NCBI GenBank assembly: GCA_051294905.1
Contig: CM119372.1
Span: forward strand, 19,656,001-19,720,000
DNA from: Botryllus schlosseri
Taxonomy: Eukaryota
Direction: 5' to 3'
DNA length: 64,000 nt
Both the position numbers and the translations under genes were made by a program. The notes below the pieces were generated by a model. The model searched no databases, was not told where the DNA came from, and saw nothing but the letters and a program-made list of their open reading frames with translations. This document shows, one piece after another, positions 11,218 through 24,280 of the stretch. Position 1 is the first letter of the stretch. Each line of letters begins with the position of its first letter.

Positions 11218-14200
11218 ATACCTACGTATATCCACAGGGCCATGAGGCAGTGCCTTTCCAATCACAATCCACAGTGTCACCTTGTTTTATATCCGTAAAA
11301 TGCAATAGTACAAGCATAGAAAATTAATGCGTTGTAGTATTACAATACTTGACTATCTCGCGGCATCCTTGGAAAATGGCACCCCGACCGACTCTACCTT
11401 CGACTCTAGAGAAATGGTTCGTATTTCGTAACAGCCACCAATGCTTAGAACGACATCTATGGGCATGACCGCAATACGAGGCGCCCAAATTGAGAAACAG
11501 ATTCTTCAATAAACATATCACATCCAACCAATATAGTCATTTCTATTCAGCAGCTCATTTTTGGGGTAGTTGTTAACTTGTTATGAGACGTATGGTACGG
11601 TTATGTGATTTCAGACTCCTAATTCAAACTACAAATGACACGGTTAAGGTTAACCGGCCGCAGTAGGGAAATGTAATTAAAAATGAATCGTAATATAAAA
11701 TGTGCAATGTAGGGGTATATATAGGCTACGCTGTCGCATAATGTATAGATATTAGAGCGGGGCAATTGGGCATGGACCGCATCTGGATTGGGTAGCCCTA
11801 CGGACTTTCTCATTTTTGGCCGGAGCCGGTTCGGAGCCTTACCCTCTTCCGCCCTCGAATCTATAGTGAAAGTGAAACATTCATGGAAATAAACCACACG
11901 CTTAGTTCAATTTGGCATAATTACTTCATATAAGGGTTGGGTTTAATCTTTGAGTTTTACTTTCCTTCATTGTATAGTTTCAATCCTGTGAGTAGATATT
12001 TACCATCGGAGTTTGTCGGACCTGATCACGGTCATTTCTAGAATCCAGCCTACAAGTCGGACCAGAGCTTTAAAAACAGGATCCTAGTGGAACCAGAGAA
12101 TTTGTCGATCCGCCCAGCACTATAATAGGTATAGTAATTGCAAAATAAAACTGCAGCCAAAACTGTCCGCCACTAGGTGGGGAGCTGCATTCACTCCTTA
12201 GTCGTAAATGTTTGGAACATTCATGTATGAAATAAAACTGATTTTAAGCCAATATTCTATACCCAAACTGATGAGGGACAAGTCCTTTCTGTTATCGAAC
12301 ATCACAGATGAGTTGACCGTCCATGTTGTCTGCTAGACTGAGCATGGTGAGGAACGAAATTTCGGTATTGAATATGGAAATTTCCAAGTACGGTAAGGAA
12401 CATTTTTCCATACTTCCATACTTTGGCAGTTTTGCTGGAACAACGACAATGATCCTACTTTCGATTTGTCAAATCGATAGCATACCACAGAAAATGGTTC
12501 ACTGACAGATGTTCATTTCTCAAATTGCGACTCAGACTCACCCACCCCTGTCGACGTCTATTTGAAGACGAAAAAAGTTCTGCATCTCGCATATGAAGGA
12601 ATGATAAGTATATTCCAATCTGAATATCACAAAAACGTTACAACGTCACAGCTTATAAACTACTAAGAAGACTTTTAAAATAATCTTAGACTCTGTGAAT
12701 GTAGCAGCAACATCCATCTCTTTAATTCAAAACATATATCTAGCTTGTCTCGGCGCGACGTTACGCCATGTCGGCCTCAAACACGCATTGTTATTTCATT
12801 AAATTTAACAAGGGTCATGTTTTAAACATGCTTGTTGTAAATTGTTGCTTGCTTCAAATGTAACCCTATGTGTAAGTAACGCATCATACGTAAAAAAAAC
12901 TTCACAAGTTATTTTAACTAAAACTTAGTAGACATGTATAAGGTACTCACAGGTCAAATGGTCTGCTCGATACAGTGTCAAGTCTTAGCTAAATGATTTG
13001 TGCTGAATAGCGCTATAGTCAATATTTCCGACTCTTTCGAAATATATACTCCATTAATACAGTGATGGATGAACTTTCACATATTCACATTGCAAGCAGT
13101 TTTTATCTTACGGCATCGCCATAAATTGTATGTAAACAAATACGCATATACTACGGCTCCTCAAACTAAATCAACTATGAAGTTTGAACAATTTTCTTAC
13201 CCATGATTATAGCTTTATGTCAACACAATTCTTTGGGCGAATTCATGATATGTCTTGATGTGCTATACATAGCCACTAGTCATAAATATCAGAACGAAGA
13301 TAAACAGACGTGCTGTATTTCCCCGTGTCGCCGTGACGCTGATTCGGGGACCATGAATCGCGGACGTCCCATCTACATATCAATTAAATGCACGGAGCGT
13401 CGCCCCTTTACATTTGAATACCAGACGTGAAAAGCCAGTTGAACGCAAGCCGTTGTCATTCCTTTGTAAATTCTAATTATTGTTTGTGTTAGTAGCGATT
13501 ATGTCAGCAAATAAGAATAATATTTTCGGCTGATGATTTGATTTTGTAGACCATGATTTGGCGTGGTACGCATGAAATCTAACATTAGAAGGAAATGGCT
13601 CTTTGTCTCAATAGACGATATTGGATCTTGCTGATAGGGGTGACTCCCATAATATTTTTGTTAGACACGTGTATTGTCACAGAAGATTTAACACGAAGCA
13701 GTTGTTGAAAAGTAATATCCGTTTTGACATCAGCCACACAATCACTGTGGGCTGTTCATGTTCATAGATGTGTAAGACCACCTGTTTAGGATCCTTTTCC
13801 AATCCTTTTTTGAGGCATAACTTCAATCACAAGACATAAACACTTTAGGGCGCTAATGGCGTAAATGTTCTCCACGTTTGTCAACCGTAAAGATTGACAG
13901 TACGTTAAATAAATCCAACACCACCAATCCTACCTAATCATATATTTCCAGATGGAGCCGAGATATTCAACGGCAGTTACCCGCATTTCATCGCATACTT
14001 TGGCGAAACTAACTCAAATTCAATAATTCAGCGTCCGCGCCTGCGCCACGACGACTATATATGATCAACACGAGCGGATATATGCTCTGTTCTTGAAGTG
14101 GCAGTTCTTAAAAGCAGGCGTTCGCTCTTCATGTCCTCACTTGACAGTAACCTATGCCTTCCAACGGAATTCGCTGAAGACCTGACTGAATTAACGTGTC

Positions 14201-15243
14201 AGTTTGTGAAGTCTGAAATATCGAAATCAACTCGTCGACATCCAATGAATCAAATGACTTCTCGGTTGGATGACCAAGAGTATACTAACGAAATACTCAA
14301 GCAACTGTGAAACCTGCGGTAAAATTGTGAACCGATTCCAATTCCATCTAAAATTATTATTTGACTTTTCATGTTCACTGTTTTCCTTGCTGTTACTGCA
14401 GGAATCTGTAGGAGTAATTATCTAGTAATTAGACATCGCGTGACTCATCCTTAATGTAGACCTATTTGTGGATTGAGCATCGCCTATACAGTTTAGTCGG
14501 TTTTGTCTTTGGTACTCTGATATCCCCGTTGAGTTGGTACGCTGCTAGTAGTTATGTTGTGTTATGTGTGGTCGCCAAATTTACTTGTTTTCCGTCGTGC
14601 AGACTTGTTTCCCTTTGTTATGTAGTTTATTTTAATATAAATTATTTAAACTTCATCAACGGATCATCATTTGTCGAGATCGTGGCATTTAAGTTCAATT
14701 CAAAAAGTGGTTTCAATAACTGCTGTGATCCTTCGTTTTTGTCATTCTCATTCTTTTGTTTTTAGGGCTGCGAAATATCAAAACAACTGCGACGAACGCA
14801 TCAGAGTACCGCTGCGCTCTCGTCTTCGTGGGCCGACGGTGTAGCATAAAATGTGAAGTTGCGACCGACAATGTGTAGGGCTGAGCACTTGAGCAAATAT
14901 ACCATATCTTACCGATGTGACTGTTGTGCATATTCCACACCTTCAATTATACGAATAGTATATTTTTGCGCGACCGTCATCTGAATCAGCTATAACCTTA
15001 TAGGTTTTATATATTTCCGTATCTGATTCGAAACGGCAATCTGTCGATCGCCAATCATTGTATCGTAGTCTTGTGATGTTTTAAAATGATGAAAATATTT
15101 ATAAAACTGATTGACTGATTGAGCGTCACCGCGCTCCACAGTGATATTATCATATCAAATTTTGAAGAAGTCTGTATATATGAATGAAGTCTTATGCTGG
15201 GCAGTGGGCAATCGTAAATTAGTTACGAAGTTTGTATAGCTTC

Positions 15244-16319
15244 TAGGGATGGCGTGAACTTGAGGTTCGCGTTCGCGTTCTCTGAGTCAACCTCAGAAAT
15301 TTAGAGGTTAATGTTCACAAACGAACGTTGGTAGGTTCTGCACTGTGAACCTTTTTCATATATTACAATTTTACACGTGATTATAACATTTTTGGTTAAA
15401 ATTCACTGCATGTCAACTGGGGGCCACTCTATGCATGACGCTGGCAGCATAAAAATAAAATCAACACTAAACGAGCACGCACCTTGACAATCTCAAAAAT
15501 TTTACTTGCTTTGTTACAAAAGTCTGTTCGAAATATCCAGCATGCATCTTGACAATCTCAAAAATTTTACTTGCTTTGTTACAAAAGTCTGTTCGAAATA
15601 TCCAGTTTTCCTTTTGTGAATATTTAGTGACTCTCTGATGTGAGCTTGACCCGCAATCACACAACATCAAGAGTGAAACACACTGCATGTAGGTAGTCAG
15701 CGAATGATGCTTATTCAACCAATCAATGAAATTGATATCCTTGTCTGATGTAAAAAATCTAGCAAGCGTACAGGGTCAATATTGATTTTATGTGTTTTAT
15801 TGTATCATAAAAACAAAATCATTGCGATTGGGGTGTTGGCTACTGCTGTATAACGTGTTTAAGGTGTTTGAGGGGTGACATCGGTAGCAAGTAGGCCTAC
15901 AGAAATCCGTTTTACACTCTGATCGATATCAACGTATAGCAATACTCAGACGCCGAATACATTCTCCGGTCTGGCCTAAGGCGTAAGCTTATATTCCCTT
16001 GCAAGACCTCGTCGAAATTATTGGCAAAGCGACGAAGGATATTGATTTTATGGGATTATTATATCATTTGATTGCCCCTGTTGATATATTTGACGACGTT
16101 TAAAAAGTAAGTATGTACTTCAGCATTGTGGCATATAATGTGGCCAGAGTTGTCTCTAGGTATCGTGTTGTAAATTAATATATCACTTTAACGAAATGTA
16201 GGGTTGGAATTAGCAATAAGACGTCACGTGACGTCATGAAGTTCGCGTTCACACAGAACCTTCCAAAAAGGTTCGCGTTCACACGAACCAGAACCTTTCA
16301 GAGGTTCACACCATCCCTA
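15244..16319 (-). mobile_element. ~1-kb hAT MITE (GTGAAC family), copy 1
   Basis: TIRs TAGGGATGG..CCATCCCTA and TSD ATAGCTTC/ATAGCTTT. It is the reverse complement of the copies at 35492 and 48632 and has an internal ~65-bp tandem duplication at ~15483-15605. Confidence 0.9.
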
Positions 16320-19300
16320 ATAGCTTTCTCATAAATACGGTAAAGTGTAACTCCGTCATCTTGTATTAGACTCGGTAAATAATAACAAACTTCCATCAGT
16401 ATAATCATTTTTGCGTGCATCCGAATTTTGTGAGAAAAACGATTCTTCCTTCGTCATGGTGTACAGAAAGCTTATCAACTCTTCGGCGATATCACCAACG
16501 TAGCTCATCTAGGTATATCGAATTATAAGACGGATAAAATATCTGATTGATCGTATATATTATTACATTTGGTGCAGAGTTACCCTATTTTACGGATAAC
16601 GCAGACCAAGGTCGATAAAACTAATGGCGCGGTGATTAACGATGAAATGGCCACATTTTTTTCTCTTCAAATTACAGTCTACGCCTGCGTCGTTATCTCT
16701 CGACACATTTGCGCGTTGTGGTCGTTTGTTAAAATCGACGAATAAGCTTTTACAGCTGGATGGGGTTATTGTTGGTCACTCGATACCCCAAGCTTCTAAT
16801 TGCAGGAAACGTCGTCTTCTTGAGTAAATACGACCAACGTACCTTCCTCGTCCTAAAGTCGTATAACATTACTGTCACATTGGGAGGTCTACAGGATTCT
16901 CACCGTGTATCTTGTTCTACCCAAACTTTGTCAAAAGATTAGAGACACGATTTTCCTGTGTATTCTGTCATTAGATAGCAATATGCAGGATTTTTCTCGG
17001 GCGGCATATTCGTGCGTGCAATAAAGTTCGTGCAATTAGATTATGATTTCTCATGACAAATAAGTAAATTGCGATATGGTGGACGAGGACTGGTAGAAGA
17101 CCATCGCAGAAGAGATGGAAATGTAAGCCGAAACATATAAGAGTTGCCAAATCGGAAATAATGCCTTGGAATATCTGCCGGACATTAATTGTTATTGGCT
17201 CTGTTCGTGTCTTCCGTGCTTCCGTATCATTAGGTCGTAAACCGTATTTATTTCGGCATGGAATTCATGACAAGTAATTCCACACCAATGAAAATGCTTT
17301 TCGTCGTGTACAGTTACCGGAGTGAGTTTTCTAGGCCATCAACTATACGAGCTCGGCGAGCATGTCATCATCCCAGGTACATTTTAAATCCGAGACGATC
17401 AATGCTGAAAAGCGAATAGTTATGCGAAAGAGTATTTCGATTGCTAAAACGGACGACAGTACAGACAATAAGCAGCGATACTTATAGTTACTTACTCGGG
17501 TAGACCTGTATACGTCACATACTAACTAGGCTATATCAAATCATAGCATACAAGCTGTTCCATAGTAGGCTAACGTAGCATTTTGTGAAATTACTATAAT
17601 TATTTGGATAGTGGCGCTTATGACCGATTAGGTCTTTTGCAACACGTACGTGTTGATTAGCATACACAGGATTTTACAGGCACGTCAAATAATATCCGCC
17701 ATTAGTGACCACGAATATAGGGTCTGGAAGGCGTCATTTATCTCAATATTTCAATTCCATTTGAAATGCATTTTCAGAAATATATTATCGAGCACTTACG
17801 CAATAATCTTTTCGAAGTAGATCCGACCTTTTTCCTGGAAATACACGATATCGATAACGCGTTAAATGCAACCACTCTTGTCAACAGTTGTTCTTCAAAA
17901 ACTCGACTGTGACCTACTCTGCACATTAGAATTGTTTGACTTCTATAATGTCAACTAAAAATTCGCGTCATATCTCGTTTTCAAATACGCGATTCGATAT
18001 CACAATAAAAGTCGTTCGAGCGACACGAATCGAAATTTTCTCAGGCTTCTTGGATGAAATTGAAATCCTTGAAATGCAGAGAGGTAATCGGTTTGTTGAT
18101 TGTAACTACAAAGGAACGCGATGGTTGCTCGAAGTCCCATATATTCTCAATCACGTCCGGTTCTGATCCATATCTGCAACAAACACTGACGAACGATGTG
18201 TTCATCCGAATCGTAAACAATTAGCGATCCTCTCATGAAGTCAACCGCAGCAGTCCGGAACTAAGCAATGGATGAAAAACCGCATAAAAGAAAACAGTTC
18301 GATTTATAAGGGGCGACGCGTTTCGAATTTAATATCCGCATCTCGGATTGCTATACCAATAAGGTTATTTTAAAAACAAGACATGTTTTAAAACACTTTG
18401 TTTAAAGCCTGTTTCAAACAGTGTTTCAAAAAAATGCCATTTTTCAAAAAAAAAGTGTCATAATTGTGTAAATATTGTCGGAAAACATCTATAATGAACA
18501 TTAGGACGATTTCACTACATATTATACGCCCCACTCCACTACTATATAGTTATATTATCAAAGAGTTATATAGTTTCGATACTTCTTCCCTATAGCCTCG
18601 AAGCCTCGATTGGTGGTATCACAGCATCCATTATAATAAAAATCTCCGCACGCTTGTGGAAATGACTTTTTGTGAAAGTCGGGTTCAAGCAGCACCGTTG
18701 TCACCAGTAGAATGACATAGGTACGGTCGAAAATCTGCCAGCTTATCTTAAAATATATGCATACCATGGTGTAGAGCTGCCAATATTTTTTGTGGTCGCA
18801 TAAAAGGTACAACTTTGAACTCTCCACATAATCCGTACTGTTATGACGTTATAACGAGCGATACTCAAATACTGAACACGATACATGATACTCGATACGG
18901 AATCGAATCGTTCAGGTACACGATTTTGCCCACCCGTAATTTTAGGACAAGAAGTTACCGTATAAATATACGAACGACACTCTTTGCTCGTATAGTTTCC
19001 GCATGGTAGCTCCGAAGGCGCAAATTCCGATGTCGCGATAATGCGATCCATTGATGCTCGAAATTGATATTGAATTACAAGTGAGAGACCTTGACTTATA
19101 TCCGATAAAACGAAGCCAGTCCCGCAAATCATATTGCATAGGAACCCGCATGCGTTACAAGAGTTGATAACCCTTCTGTATCCAATGAAAGCGACCGATC
19201 CTAACGCACAGCATCTTTAGTCTATATAATGACTAAATAATATCATCCAGTGCTGGTATCCGTTGGGATTCAACTTTTTCTCTAGGACGATCGTTGTCTA

Positions 19301-21776
19301 TTTTATAAGGTTATTCAGAATTTACTGAGTTTAAACATTCGTTCCTTTTGGTCAGTTTCTATGCCTTGTACCTTAAAAACGCATTATCGTCACTTTATTT
19401 TGGTTCATATCACTATTAGCACCCATCTACATTTTAGCTGTATGAAAATCGACTGAAACTTGGAGATTTCCTGTAGTTTGAGTGACCTGATTTAACTTGG
19501 CCGATTCAATGTAATAAATACCAAGGTTTATCCAGCTGTAATGGTATGGAGGGCTACAAAACCCCACTTTATAAAATATTTTGATATTTTATTGATATAT
19601 TGATATTGATTGCTCACTGCCGCAGACCTCAAATCTCAAACCTATACCAATAAGACTGATTATTATCATTTTCAGCAGTCACCGTAATGAAATATTGTAT
19701 ATACTATCATGCATGCTTTTTCGATGACTAGGAAGGGCTTAATTATGAACGACTTATGTCTCCCACTTATTCTATCTTCCCAGCATAGAGAAATTTATTT
19801 GAGTAATGTGTTCGCATAGTACTAATTAGCAAAGATCGCGCGGAACGCGAAGAAAAACTTCGGGTTAAATAAGTATGACCGAACATATTTTTCAAACTAG
19901 CAATACTCCACATAGCTTATGTAAATGTGACGAAGAATCTGGAGCCCCTTCGAGTTCGGGATTTCTCCCGGGTCGCTAATTACGGTTCATTCTCTTGAAA
20001 TCAACGATGTGACGTAATATTTCGCGGTCAAGTTCTCAATTCTCACAAAGTCGGACATTTCGGGTGGTTGGCACAATCTCGCGGACTATTTAGACTAATT
20101 TTCATTGGAAGCCAGCGACGACAAATAATTAAAATATTTGATTCATGAGTTATGTCAAGTTATATTATATAAAAACCGCAGCAAGCTAATCACTTCTCCA
20201 TACACTATCAGTGGAAATAAAATAATTCCTCAACAACTAATGCTGAATTTCACCTAAAACTTTTGGTCTTCTGATTGGATCCACTGTAGCTGTTCTAGTC
20301 ACCGTACTTGCGCTCGTGAGCATTGAAGAAGTCAATTAAAACAATGATAATTTTTAAATGAAAATGATGTAAACAAGAAGACACCTATTAATTAATGAAA
20401 TGAACGTAAATTACTTAATTTTTCCCTGCCATTTCTTGTAAAATGGCGGTGATTCATGATTAATTTATCCTCGTGAACCCGATAAAAGACGTTCGCGGGC
20501 CGCAGTCTGCCTTCCTCAAGCTTAAACTATACGAGGAAAAAGGCACGATATCCACATGCGTATGATCGCATCTCGTCCTAGTTTTTAGTGAGTTGTAACT
20601 TACTAGATAAATAGTAAGACACTTTTTGCTTATAAGGGCCAATCATGACCTTCGAATCGTGAGTTTGGGAAAGGGGCGTCATGGTCACTGTTATTCATGT
20701 GATAATCTCTCAGTGTAACAAACTGCCACAATTGATGTTCTAGTTCCTATTTCTTACTCTGCGCGAACTTCAATTATTCACTAAAAACCTTGCTTAAGAA
20801 GAATATGGATATATTGCTCGCAACATTGCGAAAATTTGATCGTAGTTGTTGAAACAGCTAGACGGTCACCTGCTACGGAAGCATTGCTGTAATTGAGTGG
20901 ATTGGGAGAAAAGAAATGATGAAATGTACCATGAAGCTGCGAGATAACATGGCACGATTACTTATTAATAAGTTGCGACATGATTCGCTTACGGGTAATG
21001 TGTGTTTGTATCTAATGCCTTTAAAGATTGTTAATTGAGTCGCTAAGTCAAACCAACGAAAACCTGCGAACTCAAAAATAAATTTTCTGCGTCGCTATGT
21101 TTACATTGTTCTGGCGGAGAAATGAAAAATAAGTCGGCGAGTGTGAAATGATCGGGCGGGCAATTAGAGAGCGCGTCGTTCCTTCCGAGTTGTTAAATCC
21201 CGTTGACAAACTGATGTCACAGGGAAGTCAACAACGATTATGCTAAGCATTCGGCGAAACATTTTATTCCAGTGCAATCCTTGGCACAATGAAAAGAGAG
21301 CAAATCTGTCAAAGCCCCATTATCGAAGGTACGCATCAACTGGACGTGGCCATTTTACCACCGCGTGAAATACCGCACCGGATGGAGCGTAAATACTCTT
21401 CTGTATTCTCTCGATCGTTACCTTCATTAGGCTAACGTTACCTTTCGGGATCTGCGTTCTTTTGTCAGCCGTAATCTCCCCGATAAAGTCGGGTGTATCT
21501 TGATCGTTGGCGCAGTGAGGGGTTGTATACGTTATCGTGCTAAACCCGTGACGAATTAACCCTGATCGGCGCGGACCTATCGCCAACCATAAACCGCCCA
21601 GGTTGGTCGCTCAACATCTGCGAGACACCTGGAGCAGATTTAAATCTCATTCATAGTAGAGATAAATAAAAGGCTAGAAAGTTATGAATGATGGATTTGT
21701 ATCATTCTTATATAGATATGGCGACGGAAAATGTCCCGCTATATACGAATGGAGGTTGAGGTAAAGGTCAGAGGGG

Positions 21777-21783
21777 TATTTAA
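21777..21783 (+). promoter_or_regulatory. Candidate TATA-like box of Barx
   Basis: TATTTAA in a G-rich context, 125 bp upstream of the Barx ATG. Positional inference only. Confidence 0.35.
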
Positions 21784-21901
21784 GCGGAAAGTACCGAGAG
21801 CTTCCCGTGTCACATCTTTTTATGTTCCAGTGCCATGAATATGTTTCGTTTTATTTCGATGCCCTTTACAGAAACTGTTGCATTTCGATAGCAGTACCAT
21901 A

Positions 21902-22268
21902 ATGAAAAGTTCGTTTTTAATTCGTGATATCCTAGGCGACGAGCGTTTGCGGAAAAACAATCGACGACTGCTGATAAAAGACAGAGTGGTTTCTGAAGAC
22001 GATGACTGTGCTAATGGTGAGGACGCGTCTGTGAAAAGTTTTCCGATTTCGTCTCCCACGACGGACGACGGATTTTACGAACAGTCAACTCCTTCGTCTT
22101 GCGACGCGGAAACGACAGATACGGAAAGGCATTTCTGGTGTCGTCCGTACTCGGGAAGCTGTGTTTGCGATAGGCCAGCGTGCGAGTGCGTACCTTCGCG
22201 TTCATGTGAAGTTGAGGAAATAGAGGTGGATAAAAGAAATCAGTGTTGGTCGCTAAAGACACAAGAAG
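21902..22268 (+). CDS. BARX: Barx homeobox, exon 1 (eh1 Groucho-binding motif)
   Basis: Starts MKSSFLIRDILG (FxIxxIL eh1 motif). Donor G|gttggt is phase 1, compatible with exon 2. Confidence 0.8.
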
Positions 22269-23018
22269 GTTGGTGAAGGCTATTTCCTAATATAAATTCT
22301 CCGCTGCGCGACTGGTAAACGGCATTGACCATTTCGTTCCATAATTTAGCGATAGACAACCTCTGGCCCGATGACCAATCCTGCCCGCCACCCATGTTAA
22401 CCTGGCCCAAGCGTTAGCACAAAATCCGACCAGGAAGTACATTTGTTGCCCTATTCGGCAGAATCATAATTATTCGCTTCGCTGTACAGTGTACACGTCT
22501 CAAGGCCGTATAAGCATGTTTTGAAAACCTTAACCTGCATGATGAAGCAAGTGGGTGTTCTTGATTTTAAATTATTAAATTTCCGGAAAACATCTTGTCG
22601 TAATTTAGAAAACTGTCACTGAGGCATGCACAGTATAACTTGAGGACGAGCGATCCGTCGAAATCAGGGGGGAGGCCTTCTTGCACCCTTACATTTCGAC
22701 TTGGTGTTGTCACAATAACTTTATTATGTACGTTATGTCACCCTTCACAACATGGTGCAAATAAAAATAAATTTACCCCTCCCTAATTGTATCTTGCCCA
22801 CGACGATAAACTTCGTTGAAAGCATGCATATTAAAACATTGCTCAATTTGGTGAATTTTCAAACGAATCATATAATGTGATATCTTCTGATTGTCATCTA
22901 GAATATTGTGAAATCATATTTGTTCAATACATCGCAATGAATACCATACTGCATGACGTGGGTAAAATCATGCCCCCATCATGTTCATGTTCATTCGCCC
23001 TACTAAATTTTCATTCAG

Positions 23019-23728
23019 GCTACGCCTATGGCTATAATATTGTACGTTCGCTTCCAGAAGTCTCACAACTGCTTTATCGCGACTACTATTGCCATCTAAA
23101 CGCACAAATACCCAGAAATGGGGACTTCTATTCCAACCTGGAAACGATCCCGTTCAGACTGGTACCGAAATACTACTCATTCCATACTCCGAGTTACATG
23201 ATTCCCGGGCCGCTGTACTTCGACGGAACGTTTCCGTACGCCACTGGTATGAGGAACTACCAAGACGCAATATCCGAAAGCTCATCGTTTTACTCAGTAC
23301 TTCACCGCCGCCGTTCCACATTGCGCACCAAAGTCAACGACACAGAGTGCGATATGATTGCCGCGACAAATTCCCCGCGCACAGAAGTCGATAGCAAGCT
23401 TTCAAATCGCGTCAGCAGAATTGATGGTACTAATTTCCGAAGACGAGCGTTTCAAATGTTGACGAACTCCAACGCCAGTGAGAGGAAGCCTGTTTCTAAA
23501 CCAGATTCGTGCGGAAGCCCCGTAGTTTCCGAGGGCACGAAAACCGCGCAGGAACAGACGAAGCCGATGACACTTTCTGATCACTCCAAACCCGATTTCA
23601 ATTTGGCGCGAGAAAATCGATCGACGATACAGTTGCCAGCATATCTCAGAACGAGAATGAGCGATGATAATCTCAGCATTAAGTCGAAAAACTGTAGAAG
23701 AAGTAGGACTGTCTTTACTGAAATGCAG
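23019..23728 (+). CDS. BARX: Barx homeobox, exon 2
   Basis: Acceptor ttttcattcag|. An open 710-bp exon ending KSKNCRRSRTVFTEMQ (homeodomain residues 1-12), with donor CAG|gtggga. Confidence 0.88.
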
Positions 23729-23910
23729 GTGGGATATAAGTTTTGTAGTCAATGTTAGGCTACTCCTTCCAGAGGGCTGTACCCGGCTCACATCTCATCC
23801 ATATATTGATTCCATCATAATATGTAGCAATGTAGCCATAGCATGTATGCATGTAGTATGGCTTTAAATCTACGCTACCAAACACAGTTAGGAACCGATT
23901 TTCTTAACAG

Positions 23911-24051
23911 TTGCTTGGATTGGAGAAGCGTTTTGACAAACAGAAGTATCTTTCAACGCCAGATCGTGTCGAACTTGCCGAAACTTTACACCTCACACAA
24001 CTGCAAGTCAAGACGTGGTATCAAAACAGGCGGATGAAATGGAAAAAGCAG
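23911..24051 (+). CDS. BARX: Barx homeobox, exon 3 (homeodomain 13-59)
   Basis: Acceptor ttcttaacag|. [47 protein letters not shown] has Bar-class T47/Y49 and the Barx-specific QKYLSTPDR and RRMKWKK. Donor gtatgc. Confidence 0.96.
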
Positions 24052-24175
24052 GTATGCCTATAAACCGATGCGTTGTGTATTATTTAGTACGGGCCACGAA
24101 AACGTGCCACATGTTCGTACGTATTGTCACATGTGTGCAATTTATGAGTAATGACGGATTTCTGTGATGCTGCAG

Positions 24176-24280
24176 GTTATGGATGGCGGTGGGTCCGAAC
24201 CCCCAACGAAACCAAAGGGTAGGCCGAAAAAAATCAGAGCGGAAAGCGCATCAGACGAAAGAACAATTGCCGTCGTGTGA
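24176..24280 (+). CDS. BARX: Barx homeobox, exon 4 (Barx basic region)
   Basis: Acceptor gctgcag|. VMDGGGSEPPTKPKGRPKKIRAES...* matches the Barx post-homeodomain motif GGxExPTKPKGRPKK. Confidence 0.93.
   Translation, partial: VMDGGGSEPPTKPKGRPKKIRAESASDERTIAVV

Larger units (their letters stand above)
7868..11254. mobile_element. Outer inverted-repeat element hosting nested insertions
   Basis: GGCACTG..GGCCCTGTGGATA..TACGCAGGTATCACTCAGGTATCGC (7868-7933) is mirrored by GCGATACCTGAGTGATACCTGC (10703-10724) plus ATACCTACGTATATCCACAGGGCC..CAGTGCC (11218-11254). No TSD was identified. Confidence 0.6.

Noticed and set aside
12200..21800. microRNA cluster near Barx, by analogy with vertebrate let-7 linkage
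   Set aside because: I saw no recognisable mature miRNA sequence by eye. A covariance-model search would be needed to exclude it.
22877..23018. N-terminal part of the 293-aa ORF as Barx coding sequence
   Set aside because: It lies upstream of the acceptor at 23018 and is intronic. The eh1-containing exon supplies the start.
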